Source: Camelus ferus
Taxonomy: Eukaryota
NCBI RefSeq assembly: GCF_009834535.1
Contig: NC_045696.1
Location: forward strand, 44,518,001-44,582,000
DNA: 64,000 bases
Reading direction: 5' to 3'
The first letter of the stretch is position 1, and each line of letters opens with the position of its first letter. The translations under genes and the position numbers were made by a program. Below, piece by piece: positions 26,332 through 40,430 of this stretch. The notes beneath the pieces are model-generated. The model did no database searches. It was not told the origin of the DNA and saw only the letters and a list, made by a program, of their open reading frames with translations.

Positions 26332-26515
26332 ATAGTGGTTCTCAAACTTTAGCATAAATCAAAATTTTGTATAGAGCTCATTAAAACACAGAGAGCTGGG
26401 CCTCAACTCTAATTTCTGATTGAGTACACCTCGGGTAGGACCCAAGCATTTGCTTTCTAGTGAGTGACCAGGTGACGGTGCTTCAGGTCAGGGGACCACA
26501 GTTTAAAAGCCACTG
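26332..26515. mobile_element. MER5A-like DNA transposon
   Basis: tagtggttctcaaactttagc...gaccacagtttaaaagccactg with terminal inverted repeats. Confidence 0.8.
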
Positions 26516-27514
26516 ACGTAGATAATCATAGAATTCCATTCTAGGGGTAACCTTTCCCATCAGCTAGCTGCATTTGATCAAATGATTCTTAGGAAAAGTT
26601 CACAGCAATAATAAAAATTTCAATTTGAGAATGAATTTTCATCTATTTTTCAGTCTTTCTATAGCCCCACTGGGAGGACATTAAAAATATTCAGCCCAGT
26701 CATGAACACAGACTCATCAAGGAACTAAATATTTCAATTAAAGAGAAATCGATGTGTGCACAACACATTGGTTAAAGGTTAACAGCCAGAGGACAGCTAT
26801 TATCACCTTTCTGCAATAAAGAAATACAAGTGCTAATGGCTTAAGGGACTTACCAAGTCAGTTTAAAAAATTTCAAGCCGTGTTTAGAAGAGGACCTGAT
26901 CAGCATTCCTAGTTGCTTATTTGCTGTAATCATAGGGTAATGCTACCTGCTCTTGGATGACAACAAAATCTTCCTATTTCTTCATGCTGATACTGACAAG
27001 ACACTGTTTTGAAAATATTCTGGGTTTTTTTTTAAATTACAGTTTTAAAGAGAAATTTACCTAACAGAAAATGAAAATATTTGTATATGTTGATCGTGCA
27101 TATTATTTGAAACAGATACTAAGTGCAAGTGCTGTGATAAAGCACTTAGTTGCACGGACCTACAAATACACAAGGACTTACAATAAACAAAACAATGAGA
27201 ACAAATTTATCTTTACAGCCAAGGAACTGCCCAAGACTGCAAAGGCCTCATATCTCATTCCCAACCATATCTTGAAGGAGCTTTTATGAAAGTCAGGCCA
27301 CCTCTCTGGACATAAGTATCCTTAGCTGTAAAAGGAAGAATATTGAACGACATGATCTGAAAATTCACTCATGCTCTAAAGTTTATAGTTTCACACAGCA
27401 GTCTAACTAGCAAAAATGTATTTCTTGTTTTTTTATTTTTATTTTTCACTTTTAACTGAAGATTGCAATTAGTCTCAGCTAGAAAGCAAATTTTTAAAAA
27501 TGTATTACTCTGAC

Positions 27515-27574
27515 CACATATCTTAAAAACAGAGATTCACTGCTGCAGTGAAATGATTGGTCCCAAAAGTGAAT
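27515..27574 (-). pseudogene. CABIT-like pseudogene exon (repeat 4)
   Basis: Acceptor ttgttttctgcaag|AT; donor GTG|GTCAGA; 60 bp, phase 1 to 1; DSLLGPIISLQQ*ISVFKIC. Confidence 0.5.
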
Positions 27575-28262
27575 CTTGCAGAAAACAAATAAATATGTCC
27601 ATCTGGTAAAGTTATTACACACTATACAAGTGATAAAGAATAAACATATAATAATTTTTAAAACCCTGCATGAGTTGTTACTGTAGTTGGTTAACATTTA
27701 AGGGCAAGTTTTTTTTCCTAGTAAACCATCAAACTCTATTTTAAAATACTGCCTTCTTTTCCTCTCTCTCTCTCTGTGTCTCTCTCCCACACAAATGTGC
27801 TCTTTGTTTTCTTCATTACATCAACTTCAAAATAATTATGCAAAAAAATTTAAGCCAAAATTACAGTCAAGGTATGACTGCAACCTCAGAAAAAAAAAAA
27901 TTGCTACATTTAGAAATCTGGGTAAATTTCAATAAAAGATGCTCATCAGGAGTCAAATAGCTCAAATATTTATTAAAGATGAAATATCACCATTATATAA
28001 ATATAGAGCATTGTCTCAAAACAATAATTTCAAATATGTTTCATGACAGCCATTAAATTGCTCTGTCATCTAAACAGATAACATAAACATTTCATTTAAC
28101 ATTTACTTTCAAAGTAGCTTATGTAGTTGTACACTCTAGGGCCAGAATAATCAATAATCTTTTCATATAAAAAGGCTTTTCAAATCTAAATATTAGTCAC
28201 AGATCTTTTTATTATGACATATTAAAATATGCAAAATAGATGACTTCAAAATAGTCACCAAC

Positions 28263-28313
28263 CTCCACTGATCTGTACCATGTTGATGCCTACTGGCCAA
28301 CATCATTACGTTA
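28263..28313 (-). pseudogene. CABIT-like pseudogene exon (repeat 4)
   Basis: Acceptor ttgttttcag|TA; donor GAG|GTTGGT; 51 bp, phase 1 to 1; IT**CWPVGINMVQISG. Confidence 0.5.
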
Positions 28314-28674
28314 CTGAAAACAATAAACCCAGTTAGAGAATGCAGCCCACTGTTATTACTAGAGAGAAAAATACAACTCCCTAACCTAGAAAAATCCCTC
28401 TCTACTTAACATCGGATTGGCTACTGTGAACATTTTTACTCAAAGGAATAGTTTAGATTTTATGGAAACTTAGACATTTTTAAGAGATGTCACTGCTTAA
28501 TTGTCATCTTAAATGGCCATTTACAGTAACTCAGACACATTGGCAACTTGAAGGTCACTTTGGTGGCTATCACCTCATTGTAAAAATTGGGAGGGGGGTT
28601 AATTGAAGAAAAGAATTTAACCAAGAATTGCATCGTTCTTAGTGCATTAAGATCAAAATATAGTATTGATTTAC

Positions 28675-28763
28675 TTTTGAATGATGGATATTCCATAAAT
28701 TTATACAATCGCCTTAAATTTTCATTGTTCCTTTTACGGATTCCATAGTTAGCAATTATCATG
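28675..28763 (-). pseudogene. CABIT-like pseudogene exon (repeat 4)
   Basis: Acceptor cttcctctctag|C; donor AAA|GTAAAT; 89 bp, phase 2 to 1. MIIANYGIR...EYPSFK; shifted frame P*KEQ*KFKAIV has P-x4-G-x-F-K spacing. Confidence 0.65.
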
Positions 28764-31209
28764 CTAGAGAGGAAGACAAGTTTCAGCCTCTTCCATTCTT
28801 CATGGAATGAAACAATCCTGTGAGGCCGGTTTGTCTCTCTCCCTTTGCGGTCCCTCCAGGCCAGTCACACAAGAGGAGCATGTTCTTGCTGGTAAGGAAT
28901 GCAACAGGCAGCGGCCCTGTCTGCTGCCTTCCTCGGAGTACATGCAACATGCCAACTGCTCCCGTGGTTCATTATGGGACAGCCCACCTCCATCACTGTA
29001 TGATTACTTGGAAATCCTTTTACGTTAGCACCTAAAAGTCACTATTCTATATGATGAAACGTCATGCTATTAAAAATCAGGTCTTTGAAGATTACTTACT
29101 GGTGGGAAATTTTTTTTAATAGAATATAAAATAAAAGCTACAAAGTACTAATTTTTATAAAGTATAATCCTAATTATATCTCAAAAATGCATAGACAAAA
29201 ATTAGAAGAAAATACATTAAGGCAGTACATGTGATTCTCCATGTATACAGATACAGTCAATTTTTATTTTTAGCACTTTACCCATAGTACTTTTAAATCA
29301 TGCTTTTAAAAAAACAGTGAGCACTTTTAAAGTACTGCCATAAAAGAAATGACCTTTGGAGGGACCAGTGAAAGCAAAGGACCAAATCCTTACTCTCTTA
29401 TATTTGTGTAAAATTTGTCTGCCATGAATTTTAGAGGTCAGCAGAAGGTCTGAACAGGCAAGGAGTGAGTATGTGCGAGGGGAATTGAGTTTATGAAATG
29501 AGAATCATCAAGACAGATACAGAAATATAAGGCAGAAGAGAAAGGGAAAGCAGAAAAGGAGGTACTTTTCAAAACAGTCATGATGTCCTATATTACATTT
29601 ATGTCATGGATATGAGTATTAATGTAAATAAAAAGATAATACTGGACACAAAGTGAATGATTAAAATTATAATTTCACAAGAAGATATTACCAGAAACAA
29701 GAGCTATTAAAACCACTATTTGATAAAGATTATTTGTTCACTTTTCTTAGCTTTTCAATTTATTTTCAAATAATGAAATGAAATTACAGGAGCCACTTAC
29801 TGATTTCCTTCAGTCTGCCTATCCACGAATGCATTTTACATAAGAAAAAAACCTTTTTATCAGAAACATAATCCTCTATCTTAAATATATTAATTAGTAG
29901 AAATTATTTTCTTTAAAAGGTGAGATTTATTCCAAGTTTTTTTGAAAAGTTCTGCTACTTAACTCTCCCCCAACGATAAGAGGCAAGATATCCATATGAA
30001 TTACAGAGAGAGCACAACCACTGATGAAGATGGCAAAATTATAATGCCTCTAACTCTGTGCCCAGAATTTTTAAAATATATATGTTTGATTAAAATGCAA
30101 CTGAAATTTCTCTTAAATAAACTTAATGGATTCAAATATGTCCTAATATCTCTTGCAAACAGGGGAGAGTGGTGAATTAACATTAACAATATAAATGGTC
30201 TAGATTGTCACAAGCTATATTATCAGAGAAATATCTCCATGAAGATATGCTAAACATAGACATCTATTAAATTTCTTAAGGTTTTCAGAATTCATAAACC
30301 AAAACAGCCAAGGTTATTAAAATCCCTGTAAGCTAAATATTCAAGGTATTTCACAATCTGACCCCACAAGGTTGGCCTTATTTCCTGTCACCCATCATTC
30401 TAGGAAGTGGAGTAGAAAGTTCCTGCTAAATTGAAATCTAAAAAGAGTTTGGGATTCTTGCATAAAAATAATATCCCCATAAAAGAAAAAGTAAAACCAT
30501 GAACATGTGTTTTAGAAATTGAGCTTTTAGAGGTAACTATACAAAGCTTGTTCTGGAAGATAGCAGGTTCTAATAACCACATCAGAGTTAAATTAATTTA
30601 AATTTAATCATGTCCACACGATCCTGTTTCCTATGAAAATTTAGACACAAGTATAAAGAGTGCACAAAGAAAACCAGCTTCTGATTTCAATCCACAATTC
30701 AGGTTGGTGACTACAGCCACAACTATGAGGGTTTAGGTTTAACCAAAGTTATAATTCTGATTTCAGATTTGCTACTTGTCTGAAGATCTCTTGAGGGAGA
30801 AAAATTATGTCTGTCTAAATCATCATTCCATCTGTAGCTACAAGCATAGTGCTCAATAAATATTTTCTAAGTTAATTCACTTACTTCAATTCAATTCACA
30901 CTTATTGAACACTGACTCTGTGGTAGGCAATGGTGATACAAAAATGGATAAAACAGGGATCTCAGCATTCTTAAAGTTGTTTGGGCCTCAGTTTCCACAC
31001 CTCAATAAAAGAAGACTGAATTAAATCATTTCTAATGTCCTTCCCCATCCTCAAATTCTACGATTCTACAATTAGAAGTATTAGCTGTTTATCTTTAAAA
31101 GTTATGCAAAGCCACATCATTAACAGCTTTAACTTACCCCTGTTAATGGTAAGGAGCAGTGGTAGCACACGGTAATGGTCTAAAAGTATGGACATTGAGG
31201 TCAGACAGT

Positions 31210-32440
31210 CTTGAGTTTAATCAGGAGAAACCACACAGTAATTTGAAAAGGGAAAGATTAATGAGTGAATTATTAACTACAATGAGGGACTGGAGTAAGG
31301 AGGTATTGGCTAATGAAAAGTAGAGAGAACTCTAAAACGTATAGGAATATGAGAAGCAGTCACTGTCCTTAGGACTGAGATAGAACAGCTTAAAGAATGC
31401 CTCCCCGCCATCCCTCCAGATTTAAGTCCCTCCGGACTAAGAAACAGATCTTAAAGGAGAGGGCACAGCCATGACTAGGTAAATGGCAGAGAATTTGCTG
31501 TGGTACCTAGCTGGCAGAACTTGCTGGAAATCTGTGCTCTAACGTGCTTGGGAAAGCTGTTCACGGGGAGGTGCTGCAGAAACCACCCAAGTGGAAGCTG
31601 CTGGCCACTGCGTGCTGCTGGCTGCCGTGCACTGCAGGCGGGGGACTGCCGAAGCAGCTGCACACTTCAGGAGCTGCAGAAGCCAAGCAAGGAAGAAGCC
31701 ATCCCTTATGGGAGACTGCTGATCGAGCACTCCAAAACCAGAAAACAAAGCCCTACCTTCCGCATTCCTCTCTCCACGCCTCTGGACTGACAAAGCTTAA
31801 CACTGTGCCAGTCACCAGAGGGCTCAGATCCATTTTCACAGAGCAAGCAAAAAGGTTAATTTGGAGCTGATATGCAATAGATAGCTAAGGAGCACAGTCC
31901 ATGCCTTTGACTCTTAACTTCTACATGTTCCCTGCTGCTCACATGTTAACTCCCATACAATAAAATACTTTATATCACTATGTAACAGTGTATAGCTACG
32001 CTTCTTAAAAAAGATTTTATTCCTTCCCCAAAATGAGACAGTCCAAAAAGTCTTTGTATCCATCACTGGCAAATTCAGTAAGAGTCCTACTGAATAGTAA
32101 GAGTCCCCTAAAAGCTAAATTGTAAATTTAGCTACTAATAATACGCATATGACACAAGGAGAAGAAGCCAAGAGATAAAGAAAATAGCATACAAACAAGT
32201 GCACACACACATATACACGCACACACACATATACACACACACAAACATAGAGAAAACAAATAACATTATGCAAAGCTTCTACAGTCCTCATTTCTATAAT
32301 TGGCATAGGGACTTTAACTAATACCTTTGGCTTCCTTCTTCCAGTGACCGTTAGTTATTACCTCTACCATCAGCCAGAACCTCAATTAACCAGGGTTTGA
32401 ATGACCCAAATCTTCACTGCCACAGAGCCCAAGTCCTCAA
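31210..32440 (-). mobile_element. ERVL-type LTR plus internal remnant inserted in a MIR
   Basis: GC-richer LTR-like block (31210-31895). The MIR head at ~31160-31210 resumes at ~32460-32600. Confidence 0.55.
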
Positions 32441-34511
32441 CTGTTCCATCCTTACACTTTTGGTAAGTTGCCAGACCTCTCTAAATTCTTGTTACCTCGT
32501 TCATAAAATGATAATAAAGGTAGCTAGTTCTCATCTCAAAACTTTGTGATGTAGGTTAAATGAGTTAAGGCATGAAGAGTTCCTAGTACATAATAGATAT
32601 TTTGAAAGTCTTCCATTTTCTTCATCAATTCATCTTCCTTAATAAGGTAACAGAAGATTCTATGTGCACTAATATGTTCCTTTTGACTTCCAAAATAATT
32701 TTAAGAATGAGCTTTATAGATCTTGCATCATGAACCCTATTTTTGAGTGCTACTTGAAAACTGGAGGATGTATCGTCTATCTATGAAATGTAGAATATGT
32801 CCGGGATGGGGCATAGTGAGATTTGGGGTTTTTCTTTATATACTTCTGTAGTATTTGAATTTGTTACTACAAGTATACATGATTTTTGACCTAGCTCTAT
32901 GTCTGCAAATTTCTAGATTTATTACCTAGAGCACTTAACCTAACCGGAATTCTTTTCTTATCTACAAAATAAGGGAATTGGAATAGATGTTCTCTCAATT
33001 TTCTTCCAACTCCAGCATATATGATTCTATTTCTACAACTTCAGAGTTCTGTCCAGGTATACTTCACACATGGTCAATAGATGTATCTTAGTTTTTCTTT
33101 TTTTATTGACACATCATCAATTTACAATGATATGTGAATTTCTTGTGTACAGCATACATATACATAATGATTCCTTTTCGAATTATTTTTCATTATAGGT
33201 TACTACAAGATATTGAGTACAGTTGCCTAGATGTATCTTTAATTTATGTAAAAAAAAAAAAAAAAAAAAACGCAATCTCTGGGCCAGAACAATAACAGCT
33301 CAGATACCACCATTTACTAGATACATAACTCTGGTGAGGTGCTTAACTTTTGGACCTAAATTTCCTCATCTGAAAAATAGAAAAAAATAAGACTTCATGT
33401 GCATTAACATGCAATAGGAGTTCAACTAATTGTAGTCATGCTCCTTAATCAGATATCAGACATGTTAACATGTGTGTGGTAGGGGTGGGGAGATGGCAAA
33501 TTATTTTTTAAATCTGTGAAATAAGGTAGTCCTGTTATTGTTACTCACTGAACATGTATCACTCTGGTTGAAAAAGCAACTCAGCAATCTTTTTTTTTTT
33601 TTTTCATTTTCAACTCCAGTAATTTAAAAATGTTAAATCAGTATTACAAAGTATGAAAAGTAAAGAGCAAGTATCATGTGTCCTTTATGAAAGGGCAGGA
33701 CCCATGCATTTTATAATTGATTACTTACTGAGTGACTACTATCTGAAAGATAGGTTATTAAATGCTTGGGATATACCAGTGAACTAAAATAGAATCCCTG
33801 TTCATATTGGAGCAGACAGCCCAGCAGGCGGGGGGAAAGCACTGATAGAATTTAGGAAGGATAAAGAGTAAAGGAAATATTTGACAAATGAAAATGGAGG
33901 ACAACACTGTACATTATTTTTTCTCTTAGAATATTAAACCCTAAAAAGTGTGAATGTTTTTATATATCTTTTCTGGAAATTTTTATATGTATAAAATGAA
34001 AACATAGTATCTTAAGTTGAATCACTATAAAGCAAATGATTTGGTGAGCGGGGGCAAGGTGCCACCAGGATTAAAATTAAAAATATTATAAGGAAAGAAG
34101 TAGAAAGTTAAAATATCCATTTCCCAAGCCTGGTTGATTTATGAACCTATTGTCTTCAAGAATCTAGGGTTTTGATTCTTGACTTAGACAAACAAAAAAA
34201 TATATGAAGGAAAATAGATTTGCTTGTCCAAAAACAAAAGGGGTGGAAGGTGAAGTCATAGAACAAGTTTCCAAATGGAAACACAAAGGACATTCTTTCA
34301 GGTTTTACTGTCATCCACTCAAGAACAAGCAGATATTCTCAAACTAGATAACAGTGCTTTTGATCATACTGGACCAGCAACAGAGCCAGGAGGCATTTAA
34401 TCATCTTTTATTTACTTAAAAGCATACCTTGAATATGTTTGTTTTTCCTTCTACCTGTATAACTCATTTTGTTTCATTTTAAAGCTATTGTAGGATAGAT
34501 AGGCATTTTAC

Positions 34512-34891
34512 TTAGTGCTTTTCATAACAAAGCAATTTACTGAAAAAATTTTAATGACAAGTATATTAAAGAGACTTCTATAGGTAATTTTGTGAACTCT
34601 TTTCCCTCCAGAGAGCTTCACAAGCAGAGGGATGTTAGCATAAAATTGTATAAACATCTTCAGAAAGAAGTTCTTCATTTCAAGTAACCTATTTGGTATT
34701 TTGACATTTGGCAAATGCTTTACTTGTGTTCCATGGACATTAGGAACAGAATATATTGCAATATATTCTGTCTTCTGGTCCCATTTATATTAACTTTTTA
34801 AGAAAGCACTCTGTTAGGTATGACGTTCTGGATTTCACTAGTGACTTTGTACCAATTTATATCATTTAGCAATAATATTCCAACAGTTCAT
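34512..34891 (-). pseudogene. CABIT-like pseudogene exon (end of repeat 3, start of repeat 4)
   Basis: Acceptor ttttttccccttctttcaag|AT; donor TAA|GTAAAA. About 90 open codons ending NFFLKMFIQFYANIPLLVKLSGG...NILVIKIFSVNCFVMKST (supplied ORF 34508..34714). Confidence 0.7.
34746..34771. repeat. Perfect 26-bp palindrome
   Basis: acagaatatattg caatatattctgt is its own reverse complement. Confidence 0.95.
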
Positions 34892-35239
34892 CTTGAAAGA
34901 AGGGGAAAAAAAAAGTCAAGTTTTATATGTTATGTGATATAGTTAAATGAAAACAAATATCATTATTTTACATCAGTGGGTAATTCTACCCATGATGACT
35001 ACCTTGTTATTTTTCTTCTGTTTTTCTTTCTGTGCATCTCTGTGCCTGATAAGTTCTCATTCCCTAATCTTTCCACACTCTTGCTCTCCCTCTGTCTTCA
35101 ATGTTTCACACTTGCTAAGCTCTTACAATTTGTTTTTAGGTACAAAGGAAAATACAGGGATAGAATAACTTGCGTGTATAATTAATAAAACATAAATTAT
35201 ATAAATATTTAGTACATTTATTATCTTAAAATAAATTAT

Positions 35240-35418
35240 GTTAGAAAGGAAATAAAATTTCAAAGGGAGACGAAAAAGTGGTATTTCCGAAAATAGATAT
35301 TGTAGTAGAGTAACTTCAGGAGCACAGATTCAATAAGTGGACTCAGCCAAGTTACAGAACACAGAACTAGAATTCGGAATGTGAGCAACAAGGTTTATAA
35401 TATGTAGATACTATTGAT
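35240..35418 (-). pseudogene. Candidate CABIT-like pseudogene exon (repeat 3)
   Basis: One frame: LVAHIPNSSSVFCNLAESTY*ICAPEVTLLQYLFSEIPLFRLPLKFYF. Splice sites weak; donor possibly mutated (AAC|ATAATT). Confidence 0.4.
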
Positions 35419-35709
35419 CTTATCCATGGAAAGAGAGTTAAAGGTGAGGCATGTAGGATAAAATAGTATCAGCACATTTTTAATACTGAGTACAGTAAGA
35501 GAGGGAGAACAGAAAAATATACAACTCTAGAATAAACCAACCCTACTAAGTGCCAATCTATGAAGAATAAATATAGGAAAAAGTCCAGGGAGAATTAATA
35601 TAAATGCAGAATTTCCATTCCCACTAAAGGCTTTATTATCTGGTCTGTCCATGGAAGGATTCTTTAGCATCTGATTTTTGCTTATGAAAGAAATCTACTT
35701 AGAATCTTC

Positions 35710-38700
35710 TGGTCAAGTGTTGTGAATTTAATATATGCATTTATTTCTTTTCCATCTAAAATACACACACACACACACGAAACCTGTAGCAATTCAAAAA
35801 GGATAGACTCACAAAGTCAAAGAAAGCTAGAGCAATGTAGGGATGTTAATTAAATTTTAGAAACTGGAAGTCAAATAGGCAGCATGATTTAGGAGACCTG
35901 AATGGAAGATGCTTGTGCATGATGAGAAGGGGGATTAAAAACCAGACTCTAGCAGTTTCACACCACAGGAGCCAGAGAAATTGCAGGGATCAGTTACTTC
36001 TATGAAGGTGCAAGGTAGAGCAGAAAACAGGATAAGTGGCTGAGTCTTTAAAAAGAACTGCTATATCCTCTCTCATCCCAAACAGCCCAGTAATTATCTC
36101 TCTCTTACCCATGCTAAAGATGAAGGGTTTATCCTCTGGAAAGTTGGATAACAGAGCATCTCATCTAAGAAGGTAAGGCACAGGTGAGGGGAAAAGGTAA
36201 GTAAGGTACTAAAAATGAAATTTAAGTGATAACTCAATGACTAAATATTCAGTTCATGAGCCCTTTCCCTCTCCTGGTGCCTAGACTAATAACATCCAGG
36301 TCTAAATCTCCAGGCAGGCTATGGAAGAAAAAATAAAACAGATCAAAAGGGAAAAAAAAAATCCCACCAATACTGACAATAGGGGATCCCCTCAAACACA
36401 AGGAGAAAACTGAGCTCTCACACCAATAAACAGCCCCACCTGAGAAAACAGAGCTCCAGTAAACTCAGCACCTCACTCTTAATGTAAATGGGAGGCCAAG
36501 GACCACTAGCCAATTATGGAAAGTCTCTAATATAAATAAAAATGAAAACTTACAGGGGAAAAAAGCAACCAAGGCAATTTAAGAAGCAAAATTTAAATTT
36601 TTAAAAATATTTTATTGTCCTTAAAGAAATAAAAGAAATAGTAAACCTACAACTCCAAGTCAATATGCTACCAAAGTAAGATTATTTCAGATCAGTGGCA
36701 TTTTTCAGAGAACTAGAACAAATCATTTTATAATTTTTATGCAAACACAAAGGACTCCAAATAGCCAAAACAACCTTGAGAAAGAAGAACAGAGCCGAAG
36801 GAAGCACACTCCCTGACTTCTGACTACACTACAAAGCTACAGTAATCACAACAGGATGGTGCTGGTACTAAAATTCTGATTCCAAAAAATAGAATAGATT
36901 ATTCGACAACTTTGGCTTAGTGGAAAATGAGACTGAGAAGTGTTAAATAGTATGGAAAATTTAGCCAGGGATCATAAGAAAACAAAATAACAACAATAAT
37001 AAAGGGCAATTAACTCCACAAAATAAAAACAAGTTGTACACACACAAAAAATTTAATAACAGTGCTCCATTTGGCTCTGAATTAAACAATATACACATAG
37101 TCATAACAATTTAAAACTCTAAATAATGATTCAACTTAAATGTTAAGAAGTGGGTTTGTTAGGCGGGAAGAGGTGATGACACATAGCTGTGAGGGGAACA
37201 TCAGCATGTGAAAGGGGTTTAACAGAACTAAATCTTCAGTTTCCACAGTAGGAAGTCAATACACAAAACCTGAAATTTAGGAAGATAGGCAAAATAGGTT
37301 ATTTAGGAACCTAGCTAAATACCAAAGAAAATGATGAAAAAATTTGAAATTCCAAGAATTACTTTGAGAAAAAGGCATACTTACATTAAAAATCTGTAAC
37401 TAGGAAGAGTGCAGTACTTACTGCTGGTGGCATTACAAATTATATTATTTGAAAAACTATATGACAATTTGTCATAAAGAAACAATTCAATAAAGCAAAA
37501 TGCTGTTTATTACAGCATTATCTATAACAGCAACAAACATAAAATAAATGTTCAACAAAAAAAGAAAGCATTTGTAAATTACAGTAAGGACATAAAAGGA
37601 TTTGTAATTATAAACACAATATTGAAACATATGAAAATGTTTATGAGATATAATTAGATTAAAAGGAAGAATATAAACAGAGGAGTGCAGTATGATTGCT
37701 ACTCTTTAAAACCACGTTTGCATGTGGAAAATAAAACAGAAAGGACAAGTAAAGCAAAAGTACACAGCAAAGTTAAAGTAAAATTGCAAAGTAAAAAACC
37801 TAAATTGTGTAGCCATTTATAAAGACTGTATACAAACTGGGGGAAATGTTTGCAATACTTCATGGAAAAAGAGCTATTACCTTTCAATGAGCTGAATAAC
37901 AGAACATCCCAAAATTTAGAAGTTTAAGACAAAAGCAATTTAGCTCCTGATTCTGAGGAATTTTGGACAGGTTATTTGGGTCTTTTAGTTTCTGCTGGGC
38001 TCACTCGTGTTGCCAGGCCTTAGCAAAGATGGCTTATCCCTGCTCCTTATGGACTCTCATCCTTCAGAAGGGTAACCAGGACTGGCTCACATGGCAGTTA
38101 GGCAGCGTTCAAAGAAAATGAAAGAAGCATTCAAGGTCTCTAGGGGCCTACGCTTGAAACGGTACACAGTCACTTCTGCTACATCCTACTGGCCAAGACG
38201 TGTCCCAAGCCTAACCTTGGGAGGAATGGAATACAAATCTTTATAGGAGGAACTGAAAAAGAATATTGTAAACAGAATGGATGCAGGAAGGAGTGAAGAA
38301 GTGCAGTCAGTTTTGCAACCTGCCATAATTCCTAATACACTTTAAAGTTTTTTTTTTAAAAAAAAGAAAGAACACAAAAAGACAATAATTGTATATAAAA
38401 ATAGTCTTGAGATATGATCATATAGCCCACCAAAAAATAAAGTCAAAAACCCATTAAAAATGAAAAATTAACATCTTAGTAAGATGAATGCAAATTAAAC
38501 TGTATTGAGATACTGTTTTTTTATTTACCAATATAGTAAAATTCCAAAAAGTTGATAATATACCCTGTTGGTGAAGCAGTGGCATAAAAGTATGTTCATA
38601 CATTATAGGTAAGAATGCAAAATAGTGGAAAAGAATAATAGCAAATTTAACATATGTATTTGTTCTTTGACCAGAAATCCCACTTCTAAGACTCTATCCC

Positions 38701-40430
38701 AAAAATACAATGACAAAAATATGGGTAAAATTATGCATAACGCTATTCAATAAAGGCCAATTTGTAGTAGCTAAAGATTGGAAGCAAACACATCTTCATC
38801 AATGGAGAACTGGTTGAATAAACTATAGTAAGTCTGCACAATGCAATACAATGCAGCTGTTAAAAAGAAGAAGAAACAGCCCCATAGACAGCTGTAGAGT
38901 AATCTTCAGGGTATAATATTAAGTGAAAAAAGAAAGTCATGCCAACATTTATCCATTTATGAATATTTGTTTAGTTTCAAAAGGGAGAATGAGAAGATAA
39001 ACCATAAAATTAGTAAAATGTTTACCTATGAGGAGAGAGGAACATGTTTGAAGGACCAATGGCAGAGATTAGACTTCTCTGAATATACTTGCTTTGTATA
39101 TGTTTGAGCCATACAAATATTTTATAATTATAAGGTAAAATTATATGAAAATGAAACAACTGCAATCCCCAAAATTCAGAAGCAAAACCAAATTTACCAT
39201 ATATTTAGTTGCTGGCCTAACTACCAAACAAAAATAATTTCAAATGATTAAAAACACAATGATTTGTTCCTCCAGAGTGAAATTTATCTTAAAGACAAAA
39301 AAAGAGCTGGAGGAAAAAACTATTACTGCCTAAAGCAGCTGTTTATAAATGTTAAATGTAAAAAAGCAAATAAGTAATTATGAAAACAGTGGCATTAACT
39401 GGAACTCCATAATGGTAAATTCAAATTGAAAATGTTGTTATGAACACATGGTTTATTTTTTCTTAAAAAATAATATTTACAAGCTTGTCCACTAAAAACA
39501 GAAAAAAGCCTAGAAATATTGGTTAAAACCAACCAAACAACAAATAAAAAAGCCCTAGCTTTCATTTTTTTATTTCAACATATGATTTTCTACTAAAAGG
39601 AACCAGGAATCATCAGAGCAATGGCTAGCACCAGGTTTAGAAGAGGAAATGTTGAAAATGATTCTGGATATTGGGTCATACCTGATTATAAGGAATCCAT
39701 CAAAGACTATCAGGGTTATATCCAAAGGATGGAGGAGACAATTTGAAAAGCCTCTTTATGCCAATGATGGACAATTTGTGTATCAAAAAAATTAAAAGTG
39801 CAATGGATTGATGACAAGCAAATATGTGAAAATCTACAAGTTCAAAACTATATTTAAAAATGTATTAATCACTTTGGAAGATGGTTGATAACTAATTCAT
39901 TATTTAGAAAGTAGTAAAGAAAGAGAAACAACCAAGTGTTTAACATGTCTCTCCCACATAAAACCAACGCTGAAGTTAACAAACTACTTGACTGATAATC
40001 TCAGGAGAGAAAACCAGAGATTATGTCTCCCAATGGAAGATACAACACCACATATAAAGCGTTTTTGCCAAAAGTATCTAGCTTAAACCAGATCAAACAA
40101 TACAAATAATCTCGTTTTCAACAAATAAATTGAAAATTATTAGGAAGGGTAACCTCAAGATGAAAAGATACTAAAGAGTTATATCAAAATAAATACAATG
40201 TTTTGACCTTACTTGTATACTGATTTAAACAGACCAATTGTAAACAAGCTATTATGTAACTGGGAAAATTTGCACATGGACTTGATATCTGATAATATTA
40301 ATGGGTTATTTCTAATTTTTTTTAGATATGATAATATCGTGGCTGTGTTTAAAAAGGAATCCTTACCTTTTAACAATATATGCTGATATATTTATGGCAT
40401 AATCTTAGAATTTTTTAATAATATTCTTGG
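35710..40430 (+). mobile_element. Fragmented old L1 (L1M-type), with an MLT1-like LTR at ~37890-38330
   Basis: ORF2 fragment 36690-36870 (tttttcagagaactaga...aatagccaaaacaaccttgagaaagaagaac...actacaaagctacagtaatc) and L1M 3' UTR motifs. Confidence 0.7.

Noticed and set aside
28800..29065. Slightly CpG-richer patch with a p53-like half site (GAGCATGTTC) and a TGATGAAAC element
   Set aside because: Isolated short motifs are expected by chance; no complete p53 site.
31475..31870. Cluster of overlapping GC-rich ORFs
   Set aside because: Lies within an old LTR; GC content explains the lack of stops.
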